DNA of 64,000 bases. Origin: an uncultured Chloroflexia bacterium (lineage in GTDB: Bacteria > Chloroflexota > Anaerolineae > Anaerolineales > DRKV01). The stretch lies in NCBI GenBank assembly GCA_963824065.1, contig CAWGNX010000002.1, positions 488,794 through 552,793 on the forward strand. The letters run 5' to 3'. This document shows, piece by piece, positions 40,578 through 51,158 of the stretch. A program made the translations under genes and the position numbers. The notes beneath the pieces are model-generated. The model was not told the DNA's origin and did not search any database. It saw only the letters and a list, made by a program, of their open reading frames with translations. How positions within the stretch are numbered: position 1 is the stretch's first letter; each line of letters opens with the position of its first letter.

Positions 40578-43500
40578 TTAGGCAAACGCCGGGGGTACCG
40601 GGAAATTGTTGTTCATCAGTGCCTGGTTGGTGGCCTGCAGGCCGCCAATCGAGGCGATTCCGTGGTCGATGTAGTTGTCCGGGTCCACCGGGCTCACCAG
40701 TGCGGTATTCTCAAACCCGGTGCGCTTGCGGAAGCTGCGGTCCGCGCCGGCGTTCATCAGGTCATTGGCGATGGGCGGGTTGTTGTGATCGCTGGGCGGG
40801 TTGATCTGGTCCCACAGCAAGCCGTGGACGATCTCATGCGCCAGGGTTTCCCCGAGCATGCGCCCGTACACTTCGATGGCGAAGTTTTTCAGCTTCGGAT
40901 CGGTCATGGTGGCTGATTCGAGATCAATCAGCAGCGATTGGGTCTCCTCATCGATATCCGATGCGCCGGGATCATCATACCCTCCGGGGAAGATATCGAT
41001 GGTTTCATTGAACAAGCCCAGACCGCCGGGTGCATTGGTGCGCCCGAGCAGGCCTTCGCTGCCCGCCGGGGGATCGCCCCGCAGGGTAGCCACCATCACG
41101 TTGGCTGCCGGGACATGCCCCGGAACTGCCTCCGAGAAGCCGCCAAACTCCCAGATGGTGCGGGCATTGGCAGTTCCCAGGATACTCTCGCACGCTTCCT
41201 TGGCTTTGGCGACCACGCTGTTTTTGACGTCATCCAGCTTGAGCTTGGCCAGGGCCGCGTCAAAGACCGCCGCATCTTCAACCACCCGCACGAACTGCGG
41301 GATGGAAAGCTGGACTTTGACGCTTGCCAGCTGAGTTCCGCCGGAGTCAAACACCGCGAAGTCTGCTGCGGTTTTTCCAGGGCGTACGCCGCGCACCCGG
41401 GTCCGCCCGCTGGACGGGTTATCGATGGTGATCGTGCCGGGTTCAGCGGGTGACCAGCGGAAGGTGGATCCCGCGGGTGCATTGCGCACCGTGGCTTCTA
41501 AATCGATTACGCCGGTTTTATCCTGCCGGGAGGCGTTAAACGAGCGGTTATCCGCCGTGTTGGTCGGCGTAGGCAGGATGATAGAGGGGCGGGTGGTGTC
41601 CTCGGCGGCCTCGCCTTTGGCTTCCACTTCCACTTTCTCACCGCCGGGGCGGGCAACCTTGATATTGGCTTTGTTCTGCCCGGCAGTTTCTGCCAGGCTC
41701 TGCACGTCCGAGGTGGTCATCGGTTTGGCAGCTTCACCCGAGCCCCCGCCGATCATGCTCTTGATGGCGTTGTTGGTGAGCTCCTGGGCTTGCTGGTCAT
41801 TGATCAGGCCGTTGTCCTTGGCGGTTTTGATCGTGCGCATGGCTTTGTCGATATCGCGAGCCATCTTCGCTTGCAGCGCCAGGTCGGCCGCTTTGCCACC
41901 GAAGAACTGGGCAGTGTCCAGGGCTCCCTGGAGGGCTTCCAGGGCATTCTTCTGGGTGCCTTCCAGCCCGGTGATGTCCTTGAAGATATTGGGCGTTCCC
42001 AGTAGCTGCAGGGCGGCTGCCAGCCCGGTCGGATCAGGCGCAGCGGGTGCGGTCTGCATATTGATGATCGGAGCCGGGAAATCCTTGGCGGTCAGGTTGG
42101 GCGGTTCGGCGCGGCGGCTTTCGGTGCTGACTGGCAAAATCGCAGTCGGCGAGTCGGGGATGGGGGATTCCTCCCAGCGCCAGAAGCGTTCCTCTTCTTT
42201 GAACTCGCAGGAGTTGCAGGCGCCCATCACCGATTCGGCATACACTCCATTGGTGGGCAGTGCAATCCGCATGGGCTCGATGGGGGTGTTGGGCTGGTAG
42301 TGCTCGAGCAGGTCGATGGGGTTTTCCACATCCTGGCGGAAGGTGGGGTCGAGGTGGAAGCCGCGCGACACGGGCATCACCAGGCAGTTGCCCACGATGC
42401 CGATCAGAACATTATCTACGACCGAAGCCACGCTCTTTCCGCCGCTGTTAGGTGCTTCGAAACCATCCAGCAGCATATATCGCCGCTCTTCACTCATCTC
42501 CCGCCACAGGTGGTGGTGGGCATCTTCGATGTGCTCATTGAGGAAGTCCAGCAGGTTGCGGGCGAGTTCTTTATCTTCTTCGCGCGGGTTGCGCAGCTCC
42601 TGGCGGTTGAGCGGGGTGAAAATACGCACATCATCAAAACCTTTGATGTCGTTTTGAATGCGGGCACTGCGGAACAGGTAGTCTGACGAGTACTTGGTGC
42701 GGTACTGCATGGTGCCGCTTTCCACAATGACGCGCGAGTTCGCTGGCAGAAGCTGGAACAACCAGGGTCCCAGCCGGGAAATGCCGCTGATTTTGATGAA
42801 CTTGATGTCAGCCCGGACGAGGGGGGGTAAAGCACTCCCCAGACGCACGGATACATACAGGGGGCGGTCGTTCACGAAATCGGACAGCAAGGTGGCATCG
42901 ATGGGCAGTTCCACTTCACTGTTGTCGTTGCGCACCGCAAACACGCGCATGTTTTGCACAAAGCGTTCCGCAATCTGCGGGCCAAGCTGCTCCAGGAACA
43001 CCCGGTCTTTAAACTGCTGGTTCTTGAGGTGGTTTTTGTAAAATTCTTCGGCGTTGATAAAGGGCAGGATGTTGCCCAACCAGGTCCAGGTGCCGGCGTC
43101 AAAATCATCATCCTTGTCGCGCGGTCGGGCCAGCTCGAAACGCATGTACAGATCACCGTCCAGGTAATCCAGGGTTTGGTCGGCGTAGCGCCCCACGGGC
43201 AGGTCAGAGCCAACATAGTTATTTTCGATCCGTTCCAGGGCATCGAAACCTTTGCCCAGGCTGCGCGGCACGCCGCTGCGCAGCGTGTTGCGCCAGCGCA
43301 GGGTTTTATCGCGGTTGAAACGGCTCATCAAGAGCGGCACGAACAGGCATTCCTGCACATCCACCAGGCGCTGGCGCACGATCAAGTGGCGCAGCACTTC
43401 GAAATACTGCATTGTGATGGCATGGCAGTGATTGTAGTTTGCCAGGGTTTCGGTCGTTGCCGTGACCCGCTCCCCCTGGCGCATGGTCTGGACAACGGTC

Positions 43501-45446
43501 GAGCGCTGGGAGCGCACGGAGGAAGCTGACTGGATGGTGCGGTCGCGCAGCTGATTGAGAGCGCTGGCCGCGGTATTGCGCGAGCTGTTCTGGAAGGCCG
43601 AACTGCTGGCACTGGAGGTACCGCCCCCAATGCCCAGCAAGCCCCCCAGGAAGCCTGCTCCACCGAAGATGCCACCCGCAATTCCCAAGCCGCCGCCGAA
43701 CGAGCCGGTCGAAGAGTGCGAGCCGCCGCTGACGCTTTCGCTCACGGTGCCGCGCACCACTTCATTGATATCCCGGTCACGCGAGATTGCGGCATCCAGC
43801 TGTTCCGTTTCCACGATCGCTTCTGTGCGGGCTGCGGATTCACGCCGCTCCCAATCAACGATGGCGATCTGTTTTTTCTGCCCAGGGGCGAGCGGCAGGC
43901 TGTACAGCAGGTTGCCCATGGAGTAACCATCTGCGACCCATTCCTGTTTGAAGTGCAGGATGTGCCCGTGTGCGATGTTGCAGGCCTGGTAAATAGTGGG
44001 TTCGTCGTCCCAGTCTACCGGGGCATCGCAGGTTAGGCGGGAGCGGTCAGGTTTTAACTGGATGTGCTTGGCGAGCAGGCGCAGCAGGTCGCCGTGGACC
44101 GTCAGGTTTGCCGCCGCGGCGATTTTGGTGAGGGTAAATCCATCGGGGTCGCGCGCCAGAGTCTTGAGCACCCTGGCGTCGATCATATCGGTCGTAAAGC
44201 CGGTCTGAGCCGAGGCTGCCACCGAGCGCAAGGAGACATCTGGGGTTGAGGCGTCGGCGGTGCTGAAAGCGGCAGTCGCCACAGCCTTGGAGCCTTGTAA
44301 AACGGCCGCAATCTGGCGGATATCAATTTTGTTCGGCTCCTCAAGGGTCAGACCTTTGATGTCGGGCTGCGTGGTGCGCAGGACATAGGAAAATGAAAAC
44401 TCTTCCAGGGTTCGGTTGGGACGGGTGAAATCGACACATTTTCCCGCGCCGGGGTCGCTGGAGTAAACCCCATCGCCGCGAGCCAGGTCGACCATGTCGG
44501 GATCGCGCGGCACCAGATCGGTTTCTTTCCCGCAGCCGCAGTCATCCTCATCATCATCGCACATACAGTCATCCACATCGACGACCAGGATGACCGATTC
44601 TGGGAAGATCCCACCGTCCTCGAGGTGGATGGGTACCGAAACGGGCTCTTCTTTGAGCGATACATCGCCATGCGCGGCGCTGAAACTGCCGACCGGGTAA
44701 GGACCAGAGAAATATCCGGAGGCATCGGTCTGCACCACAATCATGGCACGGAAATCTGCCGCCTCAGGTTGCGGAGCCTGAGCTCCCCAGATCACGACCT
44801 GGCGGTTGGCAATCTGGACTTTGCCAGCCCGGTCGATCACTCGCCCGCGCAGCTTGGTGGGGCGGCCAAAAGCAGGGTCTTCATTGGGTAAGGTTTCCGC
44901 GTACCGCCGCGGTTCCACCCGGAAGCGCAGCTGATCGCCTAGCTTTTCGCCGGGAACGCTGGCGCTAAACAGGGTTTCTCCATCTGGCGCAGAGACCCGG
45001 AAGGCCACATCGCCCTGGATGTCGGCGGGGTTGGGAAAGGTCAGGGTCACGTCGCCGCTTTTGGGCAGCTCCAGGCTGATCTGGGCGCCCACCCACAGGG
45101 TGATCTGGTCATCGTCCTCGCCGGGCAGGCGTTCCCGCCGGGTGAAGGTAGCAGACAGACGGTGGCTGGTGTAGTCGTCCGCACCAGACGGGGAGGTAAG
45201 GATCACTTTGACGACCTGCGGAGGCAGCTCGTCGCCGCTTTCTTTTTCTCCGGCAACGACCCGGTCGGCAAAGCGGCTGACCATCGCTTCGCTGACCCCG
45301 GGCACTGCCGCCAGCTCAGCAACGGTGCGGAAGCGGCCCACCGTGGAGCGGTAGGTGATCAGACGAGAAGCCAGGCCCGCGCCGATCCCCGGCAGGGAGG
45401 CAAGCTCAGCGGCACTGGCTGTGTTAAGATTAATTTTTTGCTGCAT
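40578..45446 (-). CDS. 1622-aa multidomain protein of unknown function (HhH N-terminus, prealbumin-like domain, Cys/Asp cluster, glycine zipper, Ig-like domain, C-terminal HExxH)
   Basis: Uninterrupted ORF with AAAGGAAG RBS. INLNTASAAELASLPGIGAGLASRLI (ComEA-type HhH). GRVIDRAGKVQIANRQVVIW...TDASGYFSG. DVDDCMCDDDEDDCGCG. GGGLGIAGGIFGGAGFLGGLLGIGGG (about 43600-43735). LAHEIVHGLLW (HEIVH encoded at 40824-40838). Confidence 0.85.
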   Translation of the reverse strand: MQQKINLNTASAAELASLPGIGAGLASRLITYRSTVGRFRTVAELAAVPGVSEAMVSRFADRVVAGEKESGDELPPQVVKVILTSPSGADDYTSHRLSATFTRRERLPGEDDDQITLWVGAQISLELPKSGDVTLTFPNPADIQGDVAFRVSAPDGETLFSASVPGEKLGDQLRFRVEPRRYAETLPNEDPAFGRPTKLRGRVIDRAGKVQIANRQVVIWGAQAPQPEAADFRAMIVVQTDASGYFSGPYPVGSFSAAHGDVSLKEEPVSVPIHLEDGGIFPESVILVVDVDDCMCDDDEDDCGCGKETDLVPRDPDMVDLARGDGVYSSDPGAGKCVDFTRPNRTLEEFSFSYVLRTTQPDIKGLTLEEPNKIDIRQIAAVLQGSKAVATAAFSTADASTPDVSLRSVAASAQTGFTTDMIDARVLKTLARDPDGFTLTKIAAAANLTVHGDLLRLLAKHIQLKPDRSRLTCDAPVDWDDEPTIYQACNIAHGHILHFKQEWVADGYSMGNLLYSLPLAPGQKKQIAIVDWERRESAARTEAIVETEQLDAAISRDRDINEVVRGTVSESVSGGSHSSTGSFGGGLGIAGGIFGGAGFLGGLLGIGGGTSSASSSAFQNSSRNTAASALNQLRDRTIQSASSVRSQRSTVVQTMRQGERVTATTETLANYNHCHAITMQYFEVLRHLIVRQRLVDVQECLFVPLLMSRFNRDKTLRWRNTLRSGVPRSLGKGFDALERIENNYVGSDLPVGRYADQTLDYLDGDLYMRFELARPRDKDDDFDAGTWTWLGNILPFINAEEFYKNHLKNQQFKDRVFLEQLGPQIAERFVQNMRVFAVRNDNSEVELPIDATLLSDFVNDRPLYVSVRLGSALPPLVRADIKFIKISGISRLGPWLFQLLPANSRVIVESGTMQYRTKYSSDYLFRSARIQNDIKGFDDVRIFTPLNRQELRNPREEDKELARNLLDFLNEHIEDAHHHLWREMSEERRYMLLDGFEAPNSGGKSVASVVDNVLIGIVGNCLVMPVSRGFHLDPTFRQDVENPIDLLEHYQPNTPIEPMRIALPTNGVYAESVMGACNSCEFKEEERFWRWEESPIPDSPTAILPVSTESRRAEPPNLTAKDFPAPIINMQTAPAAPDPTGLAAALQLLGTPNIFKDITGLEGTQKNALEALQGALDTAQFFGGKAADLALQAKMARDIDKAMRTIKTAKDNGLINDQQAQELTNNAIKSMIGGGSGEAAKPMTTSDVQSLAETAGQNKANIKVARPGGEKVEVEAKGEAAEDTTRPSIILPTPTNTADNRSFNASRQDKTGVIDLEATVRNAPAGSTFRWSPAEPGTITIDNPSSGRTRVRGVRPGKTAADFAVFDSGGTQLASVKVQLSIPQFVRVVEDAAVFDAALAKLKLDDVKNSVVAKAKEACESILGTANARTIWEFGGFSEAVPGHVPAANVMVATLRGDPPAGSEGLLGRTNAPGGLGLFNETIDIFPGGYDDPGASDIDEETQSLLIDLESATMTDPKLKNFAIEVYGRMLGETLAHEIVHGLLWDQINPPSDHNNPPIANDLMNAGADRSFRKRTGFENTALVSPVDPDNYIDHGIASIGGLQATNQALMNNNFPVPPAFA

Positions 45447-45783
45447 CAGGTTCTTCCTTTCGCGAAAAATCGGGATCCATTAAACTGCTGGACACGCGCT
45501 AAAAAAGACAGGCCACCTCCTTTCATGCTGTTGTCGTGAGGTCTTTATCGATATGCTTAACGACGGTGTGGTGGGGATTCCGTTATATTATGGTCAGAAT
45601 TGTCCGATTAATATACATCTGGTGTAAACTCTAACGGAAATGACCCATTGCATTAATTCATTGAGCCAGAAAGCGGGTGGAGGTGGAACAATCCGCTGTA
45701 GTTATTTGGTAAAATCCCCACAGGCATGACCCTTTGTACCAATTCTTAAGCCTGACAGGTTGGAATAGCGAATGGAGGTCTGA

Positions 45784-46206
45784 ATGGCGGAGCTGAAAAC
45801 GAAAAAAAACGACGAGAGTGTGCAGGCATTCCTGGAAAGCGTCCCGGATGAGCGTAAACGCCGCGATGCGTTTGCGATTCTGGAATTAATGCAGGAAGTT
45901 ACCGGCGAACAGCCCAAAATGTGGGGCACCAGCATTGTGGGCTTTGGGGAATACCATTACAAATACGCGAGCGGGCGCGAAGGCGATTGGTTCGTAGCCG
46001 GGTTCTCCCCGCGCAAACAGAACCTGACGCTGTATATCATGTCCGGATTCGATAGTTATGAAGGCCTCTTGGCCAAATTAGGCAAATACACCACCGGCAA
46101 GTCCTGCCTGTACATCAAGAAATTGGACGATGTAGATCCACAGGTGCTGCGCGAGCTGGTGCGCCAGTCCGTGGAGCATATGCAGGCAACCAACCCGCCG
46201 GTTTAA
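45784..46206 (+). CDS. DUF1801 (YdhG-like) domain protein
   Basis: VQAFLESVPDERKRRDAFAILELMQEV...MWGTSIVGFG pattern; 140 aa. Confidence 0.65.
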   Translation: MAELKTKKNDESVQAFLESVPDERKRRDAFAILELMQEVTGEQPKMWGTSIVGFGEYHYKYASGREGDWFVAGFSPRKQNLTLYIMSGFDSYEGLLAKLGKYTTGKSCLYIKKLDDVDPQVLRELVRQSVEHMQATNPPV

Positions 46207-46296
46207 ATTGCGCTAGCTCACTTTCCTTGGCGGTCCAAGCTCAGCCAACCATTTCCCTGGCGCAGGCTAATCTTTCATCCGGGCGATCGATTTTTG

Positions 46297-46334
46297 AATT
46301 GCTGCGTTGCCGGTAGACGCAGCAATTTTGTTTC
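46297..46334 (+). terminator. Intrinsic terminator: aattgctgcgt / acgcagcaatt stem followed by ttgtttc
   Basis: 11-bp perfect stem with a 9-nt loop, read directly. Confidence 0.6.
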
Positions 46335-46685
46335 GCCTTGGATGGAAAAAGCAGCCGGGAGAGATTCAATCGTTTCTTTTCGTTTCCCCCAACATGTAGA
46401 AGCAACCCAGCTTCCAGTGATATAAACCAATCTTAAGAGCAAGAATTTATATCCACACATCCCGTGCCAGACTGAAAAAAAGCTGGCGGTACGGGCAGCA
46501 TTTTTTCAGCGACCACTGCAAGGAAATAACATCCAAATTTCCGCTAGAATCAAATTGTGTCCGGCGCGCCAGCCTGCGTGCTGGCGTGTAAATGGGACCA
46601 CTTCACACGGGGGAAACGTTATAAACAACATACCCAAACCCTTGGGCGCCCTGAATTTTGGTGATATGCCAGGGAGCGTTATGAC

Positions 46686-49600
46686 ATGGGCAAACTACCG
46701 AGCTTACTTCCCAGGATCATCTTAATCCTCATATTCCTTTGTTTTCCTTTCCCTGCAGCGAGCTACTCGCACATGACTACCGCCACCGCAGATCCGATCG
46801 TATACCTGTCTGCGGCGGACGACGGATCGGAAATCACCGTGACGACCGGGACGCTGCTGGAGCTGATTTTGCCGGCCAACCCTTCCACGGGCTACATGTG
46901 GAACCTCTCCACGCTCGATCCAGACCTGTTTGGGCTGGAAAGGCGCGTTTTCGAGCCTGAGAGCGATCTGACCGGTGCACCTGGCCTGGAATCTATTCAG
47001 CTCAGGGTTCAGCAGCCTGGCGAAATCCGGTTGCTGATAGAAAACCGGCGAGGCTGGGAACGTGATGCTCTGGCACTTGACACATTCGAGGTGCAGATCA
47101 CAATCCTTGGCGAGCCGCTGGAAAACCCCGGACCTGATGCCGAACCAATTTCCCCACTGCCAGCACCGGTGGAACCCACAACCAACTTGACTACCGATCT
47201 CATCCTGCCGGAATCGTTCGATTGGCGCAGTTTGAACGGCCTAACTCCGATAAAAAACCAGGGAGGCTGCGGCAGCTGCTGGGCATTTGCGACGACCGGT
47301 GTGCTCGAAGCAGCGCAAAAAATCCACACCGGGCAGGATGTCGATTTCGCTGAACAGTTCCTGCTGGGGCACAACGAGGCCAACTGGTCCTGCAGCGGCG
47401 GCTCGCAGGCTTTTGATTACCATAATTTTCGCATTGCCTCTTTGGAACGCGAAGCTGGCCTGCTTCTGGAGCAGGACTGCCCCTACCGGAGCAACAACAG
47501 TCGCTGCATTGGCAGCCAGCCGTTCAGGCATCCCTACACCAGCGATGCTAGCATGCAGGTCCAGGCGAGCACCGCTGCGATCAAACAGGCAATCTTGCAG
47601 TACGGTCCGGTATATACGCTCATTTGCGCCGGGCCAGGTTTCAGCGCGTACCACAGCGGTGTCTTCGAAACAAATGAAAGCAGCTACTGCAGTGGCGGTA
47701 CAAACCATGCCGTCGTGCTGGTCGGGTGGGATGACAGCCTGGGCAGCCAGGGCGCGTGGATTTTACGCAACTCGTGGGGAACGGCCTGGGGCGAAGAAGG
47801 TTATATGAACATTGCCTACGGAATCTCGAACGTGGGGCGCAACAACCTGACGGCAATCTACGATGGCAGTCCGCTCAGCCCAGAGGTGCAGTACGGCGGA
47901 GTCTTCAAAGAATTAATCCTCGACTATCCATATCTGTATACAGGAATCGGCAACCGTCTGGCCGTATTTGATGTTTCGCAGCCGGACCAGCCGATTTTGT
48001 TGGGAGCCAGCATCCCGCTGCCGGACACCATCCGGGGTGTGGCGGTACAGTCCGGGTATGCATACGTTACCACCTTTTGGAGAGGATTGAGCGTATTCGA
48101 TATCAGCAACCCAGGCCCACCTCGTTATGTGTACGGTGATTCATACCTGAGCGGCTCATCTGGTGAAGATGTTGTAATCGCAGATGGGACTGCGTATTAC
48201 ATTGACAATTTCCATCTAAATATCCTCAGCCTCGCTGATCCTGCCCGGCCTGTTCGCCTGGGTTCGATGGTCACAAGCGGAAATCCCAAGGCTCTGGAAG
48301 TAGCAGGAAATTTTGCCTACGTGGCTTCCTGGTCGGTTGGATTTTAATGTGATCAATGTGTCCAATCCCGCCAGCCCCACCAATGCTGCCCTGGTGGATA
48401 CGCCGGGGTTTGCCATGGATATCGCCCTTCAGGGACAGTATGCCTATATTGCCGACCAGACCGGTGGGCTGCGCGTCTTCGATATATCAATCCCGACTGC
48501 CCCGGTGGAAGTGGCTGTTTATGATACGCCGGGATCGGCTGAAGGGGTTGATATATTCGGCACACGCGCCTATGTAGCGGATGGCGAAGCTGGCCTGCTC
48601 GTCCTGGATATCACCAACCCCACCGCTCTGGTTCTGATCACCAGCCTGGATACCCCGGGTACGGCTTACTCGCTGAAGGCAGCCGGCGACCTGGTCTACC
48701 TGGCGGACGGCGAAGCAGGTCTGCGCCTGCTGGATATCAGCGAGGCACCACCGATCGAAGTCGGGTCTTACCAGCAGCTCGGCATTCCACTGGACGTGCA
48801 GGCCAATGGTGATGTACTTTATACTGCAGCAGGGAGACAGGGTTTAATCGTGCATGACGCCAGCCATTTGCCGGACCTCGTGGAAACTACCCGGCTGCCG
48901 GCTGTGGACTCGCTGAACAAACTCTCCCTGGCTGAGGCTACCCTTTACGGCCTGGATAGTGAAAACCTGCGTGTATTCAGCCTGGAAGATCCGCTGCAGC
49001 CCCAAGCGCTGGGATCCCTTCAAGTGGGACCAGCGAGCGACCTCGCGGTTTTGGGCGATTTTGCCTACCTGGCAGCCGGTACATCGGGTATAAAAATTGT
49101 CGACTTGCACGAACCAGCCAACCCCCAGGACCTGGGTTTGGTACCGCTGACCCCTGGTGGAGGCCTCACAAAACTCATCCAGGCGAGAGACAATTTCCTT
49201 TACGTTCTGGCGGAGCCTGTCACCATCGATTCGGTTCCCACGGGTGGGGGTCTGTTCGTCCTGGACGCCAGCCTGCCTGAAAGGCCTCTGCCAGTTTTGT
49301 ACTGGCCCGCCACCACATCACCAACTGATTTTTCTCTCGTGGAGCACTACGCGGTGGTGGCAGAGACGACTTCCTGGTGGGAGGGAGATTTCTCCCGGGG
49401 CGGAGTCCATGTGCTGGACCTTAGCAGCCCACCGGACCCGGTTGAGGTGTCAAGGGTTTTAATCGCCGAAGGGAATTTGCTAGCCGCTGAAGGGAAAACG
49501 GTGTATATCAATGATGGCCCGCGCGGTATAGTGGCAATCAACCTGGAAAACCCGGCTGAGCCCCAGCTGCAGGCAAGCCTGAAATATTTGAGCGGGGTGA

Positions 49601-49932
49601 CCGATCTGCACATATCCGGAAATCTTCTGTGGATGAGTTCGCCGCAAAATGGGCTGCTGGCAGCCTGGAGGTTGAAAGATCGCAAAACAGCTTATATTCC
49701 CCCTGAAGGCGGCGAGCTGGTAGGAAAAAGCGACCAGGCCCAGTTTGTGTTCCCGGCTGGAGTTTTTGCTTCCGAGAGCGCAGTTACTTTCCAGCAGTAC
49801 ATGGTTGATCCACTGATTCCAGGATTGGATAGCGCTGCGATGACCTACCGTCTGTCACCTGTGACACACGCCGACAGCAGTGCTGCTGACCTGCTGGGTG
49901 CCTATACTGCTCGTGCTGAGTTATACGCATAG
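46686..49932 (+). CDS. Secreted chagasin-like inhibitor (I42) domain + papain-family C1 cysteine peptidase + LVIVD-type beta-propeller repeats; one frameshift near 48330
   Basis: Signal-like N-terminus. I42 loops: ANPSTGYMW, GAPG, RRGWE. C1 motifs: NQGGCGSCWAFA (Cys), NHAVVLVGWDD (His), LRNSWGTAWGEEGYM. Repeated ...YAYVAD..GGLRVFDIS.P..P... units run through ORF 48313..49932. Confidence 0.75.
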
Positions 49933-50930
49933 TGTTGCACCGGAAGAACTCGTTGAAGCTCTTCCAGCTGGAGGGCGGCGCCTGGGAAATCGAAGACTCC
50001 AGCCAGGTTGACATTCCCGGCCACCGTGTGATTGCTACCCCAAGCGACGCAGGGACCTTCGCTGTGATGGGCTGCCTGCCACCAGGCCAGGTGATCCTGA
50101 GCGGACCCGCGTCTGCGAGCACCAATACGCCGGTCACGTTCAGGGCACGCGTGGACCCTGCCAGCCTGGCGGGACCGTTCACATTTACCTGGAACGCAGA
50201 CGAACATGACCCGGTTGAGATAACCCAGGATTCCCGCGAGTCAGAAGTGAGCTTCACCTGGACCGCAGCGGGTCCCAAGCAGGTCACAGTCGAAGTGGAA
50301 AATTGCGGCGGCTCAATAGAGGCATCCTTCGTGGCAGATATCAACCTGCCTGTACCTGCGATACCGGTTGGTTTATCCGCTTCTGATGGCACGTTTTCCG
50401 GGCAGATTTTGATCAGCTGGGAACAAGCCCACGAAGCAGTGACCTACCGATTGTTCCGTAGTCTGGATACGACCCCACCAGACAACCCCCTGGTCGAACT
50501 GAACGGCACTACCTACAACGATACCAAGGCAGAGGCAGGAATGCTCTATCACTATTGGGTTAAAGGATGTAACCTCACCGGGTGCTCCGATTTGAGCCTG
50601 GTCGAGACAGGCTTCCGAGCACTGGAGCCGCCGGCAGATCTGCGTGTCACAGACCCGGTGCTGTCCCGCCAGGTGACGCTCAGCTGGCAGTCGGTGCCCG
50701 AGGCGCACTGGTACCAGGTATTCCGCAGCCTGGATGACCAACCACCAGTTGAACCCCTGGCGGATCAACTCACTTCAACGGGCTACCAGGATTTCAATGT
50801 GGAGCCGGGTGCGGCCTACACTTATTGGGTGAAAGCGTGCTGCGAGCTTGGTTGTTCAGGGTTCAGTGCCCCGGCGCTGGGCCAAACTCTGGCGGGCAGA
50901 TCCGTGTTCCTGCCATTGATCGGTCGGTAA
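49932..50930 (+). CDS. PKD domain plus two Fn3-like repeats; probably the C-terminal continuation of the preceding protease gene (frame change at about 49925)
   Basis: PVTFRARVDP...FTWNADEHD...VSFTWTAAGPKQVTVEVENCGG (PKD). Two units follow of ...ISWEQ/LSWQS...YRLFRS/YQVFRS...YHYWVKGC/YTYWVKAC. There is no RBS or signal of its own. Confidence 0.6.
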   Translation: MLHRKNSLKLFQLEGGAWEIEDSSQVDIPGHRVIATPSDAGTFAVMGCLPPGQVILSGPASASTNTPVTFRARVDPASLAGPFTFTWNADEHDPVEITQDSRESEVSFTWTAAGPKQVTVEVENCGGSIEASFVADINLPVPAIPVGLSASDGTFSGQILISWEQAHEAVTYRLFRSLDTTPPDNPLVELNGTTYNDTKAEAGMLYHYWVKGCNLTGCSDLSLVETGFRALEPPADLRVTDPVLSRQVTLSWQSVPEAHWYQVFRSLDDQPPVEPLADQLTSTGYQDFNVEPGAAYTYWVKACCELGCSGFSAPALGQTLAGRSVFLPLIGR

Positions 50931-51158
50931 CCGCCTCCCGGAATGAGGCTCTGGTGTCTAGCCCTTTATGTAACAGACCCTACCACTGGCACACAGAATC
51001 AAACGCCTCGATTTCGCACCGGAGAGAGAGCATTAAACTTGTGCCACAACTGACACCTGCCGGGCAGGGATAGGGCTGCCTTTGCGCTGGGTGTCAATCC
51101 GCGAGGTAACCTTCAACCTGCACCGGCACGCCTGTCGCATTTTTCGTTCAGCTAAGGT

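Noticed and set aside
40545-45539. Numerous plus-strand ORFs of 60-290 aa (for example 41425..42300)
   Set aside because: All lie inside, and antisense to, the uninterrupted 1622-aa minus-strand ORF.
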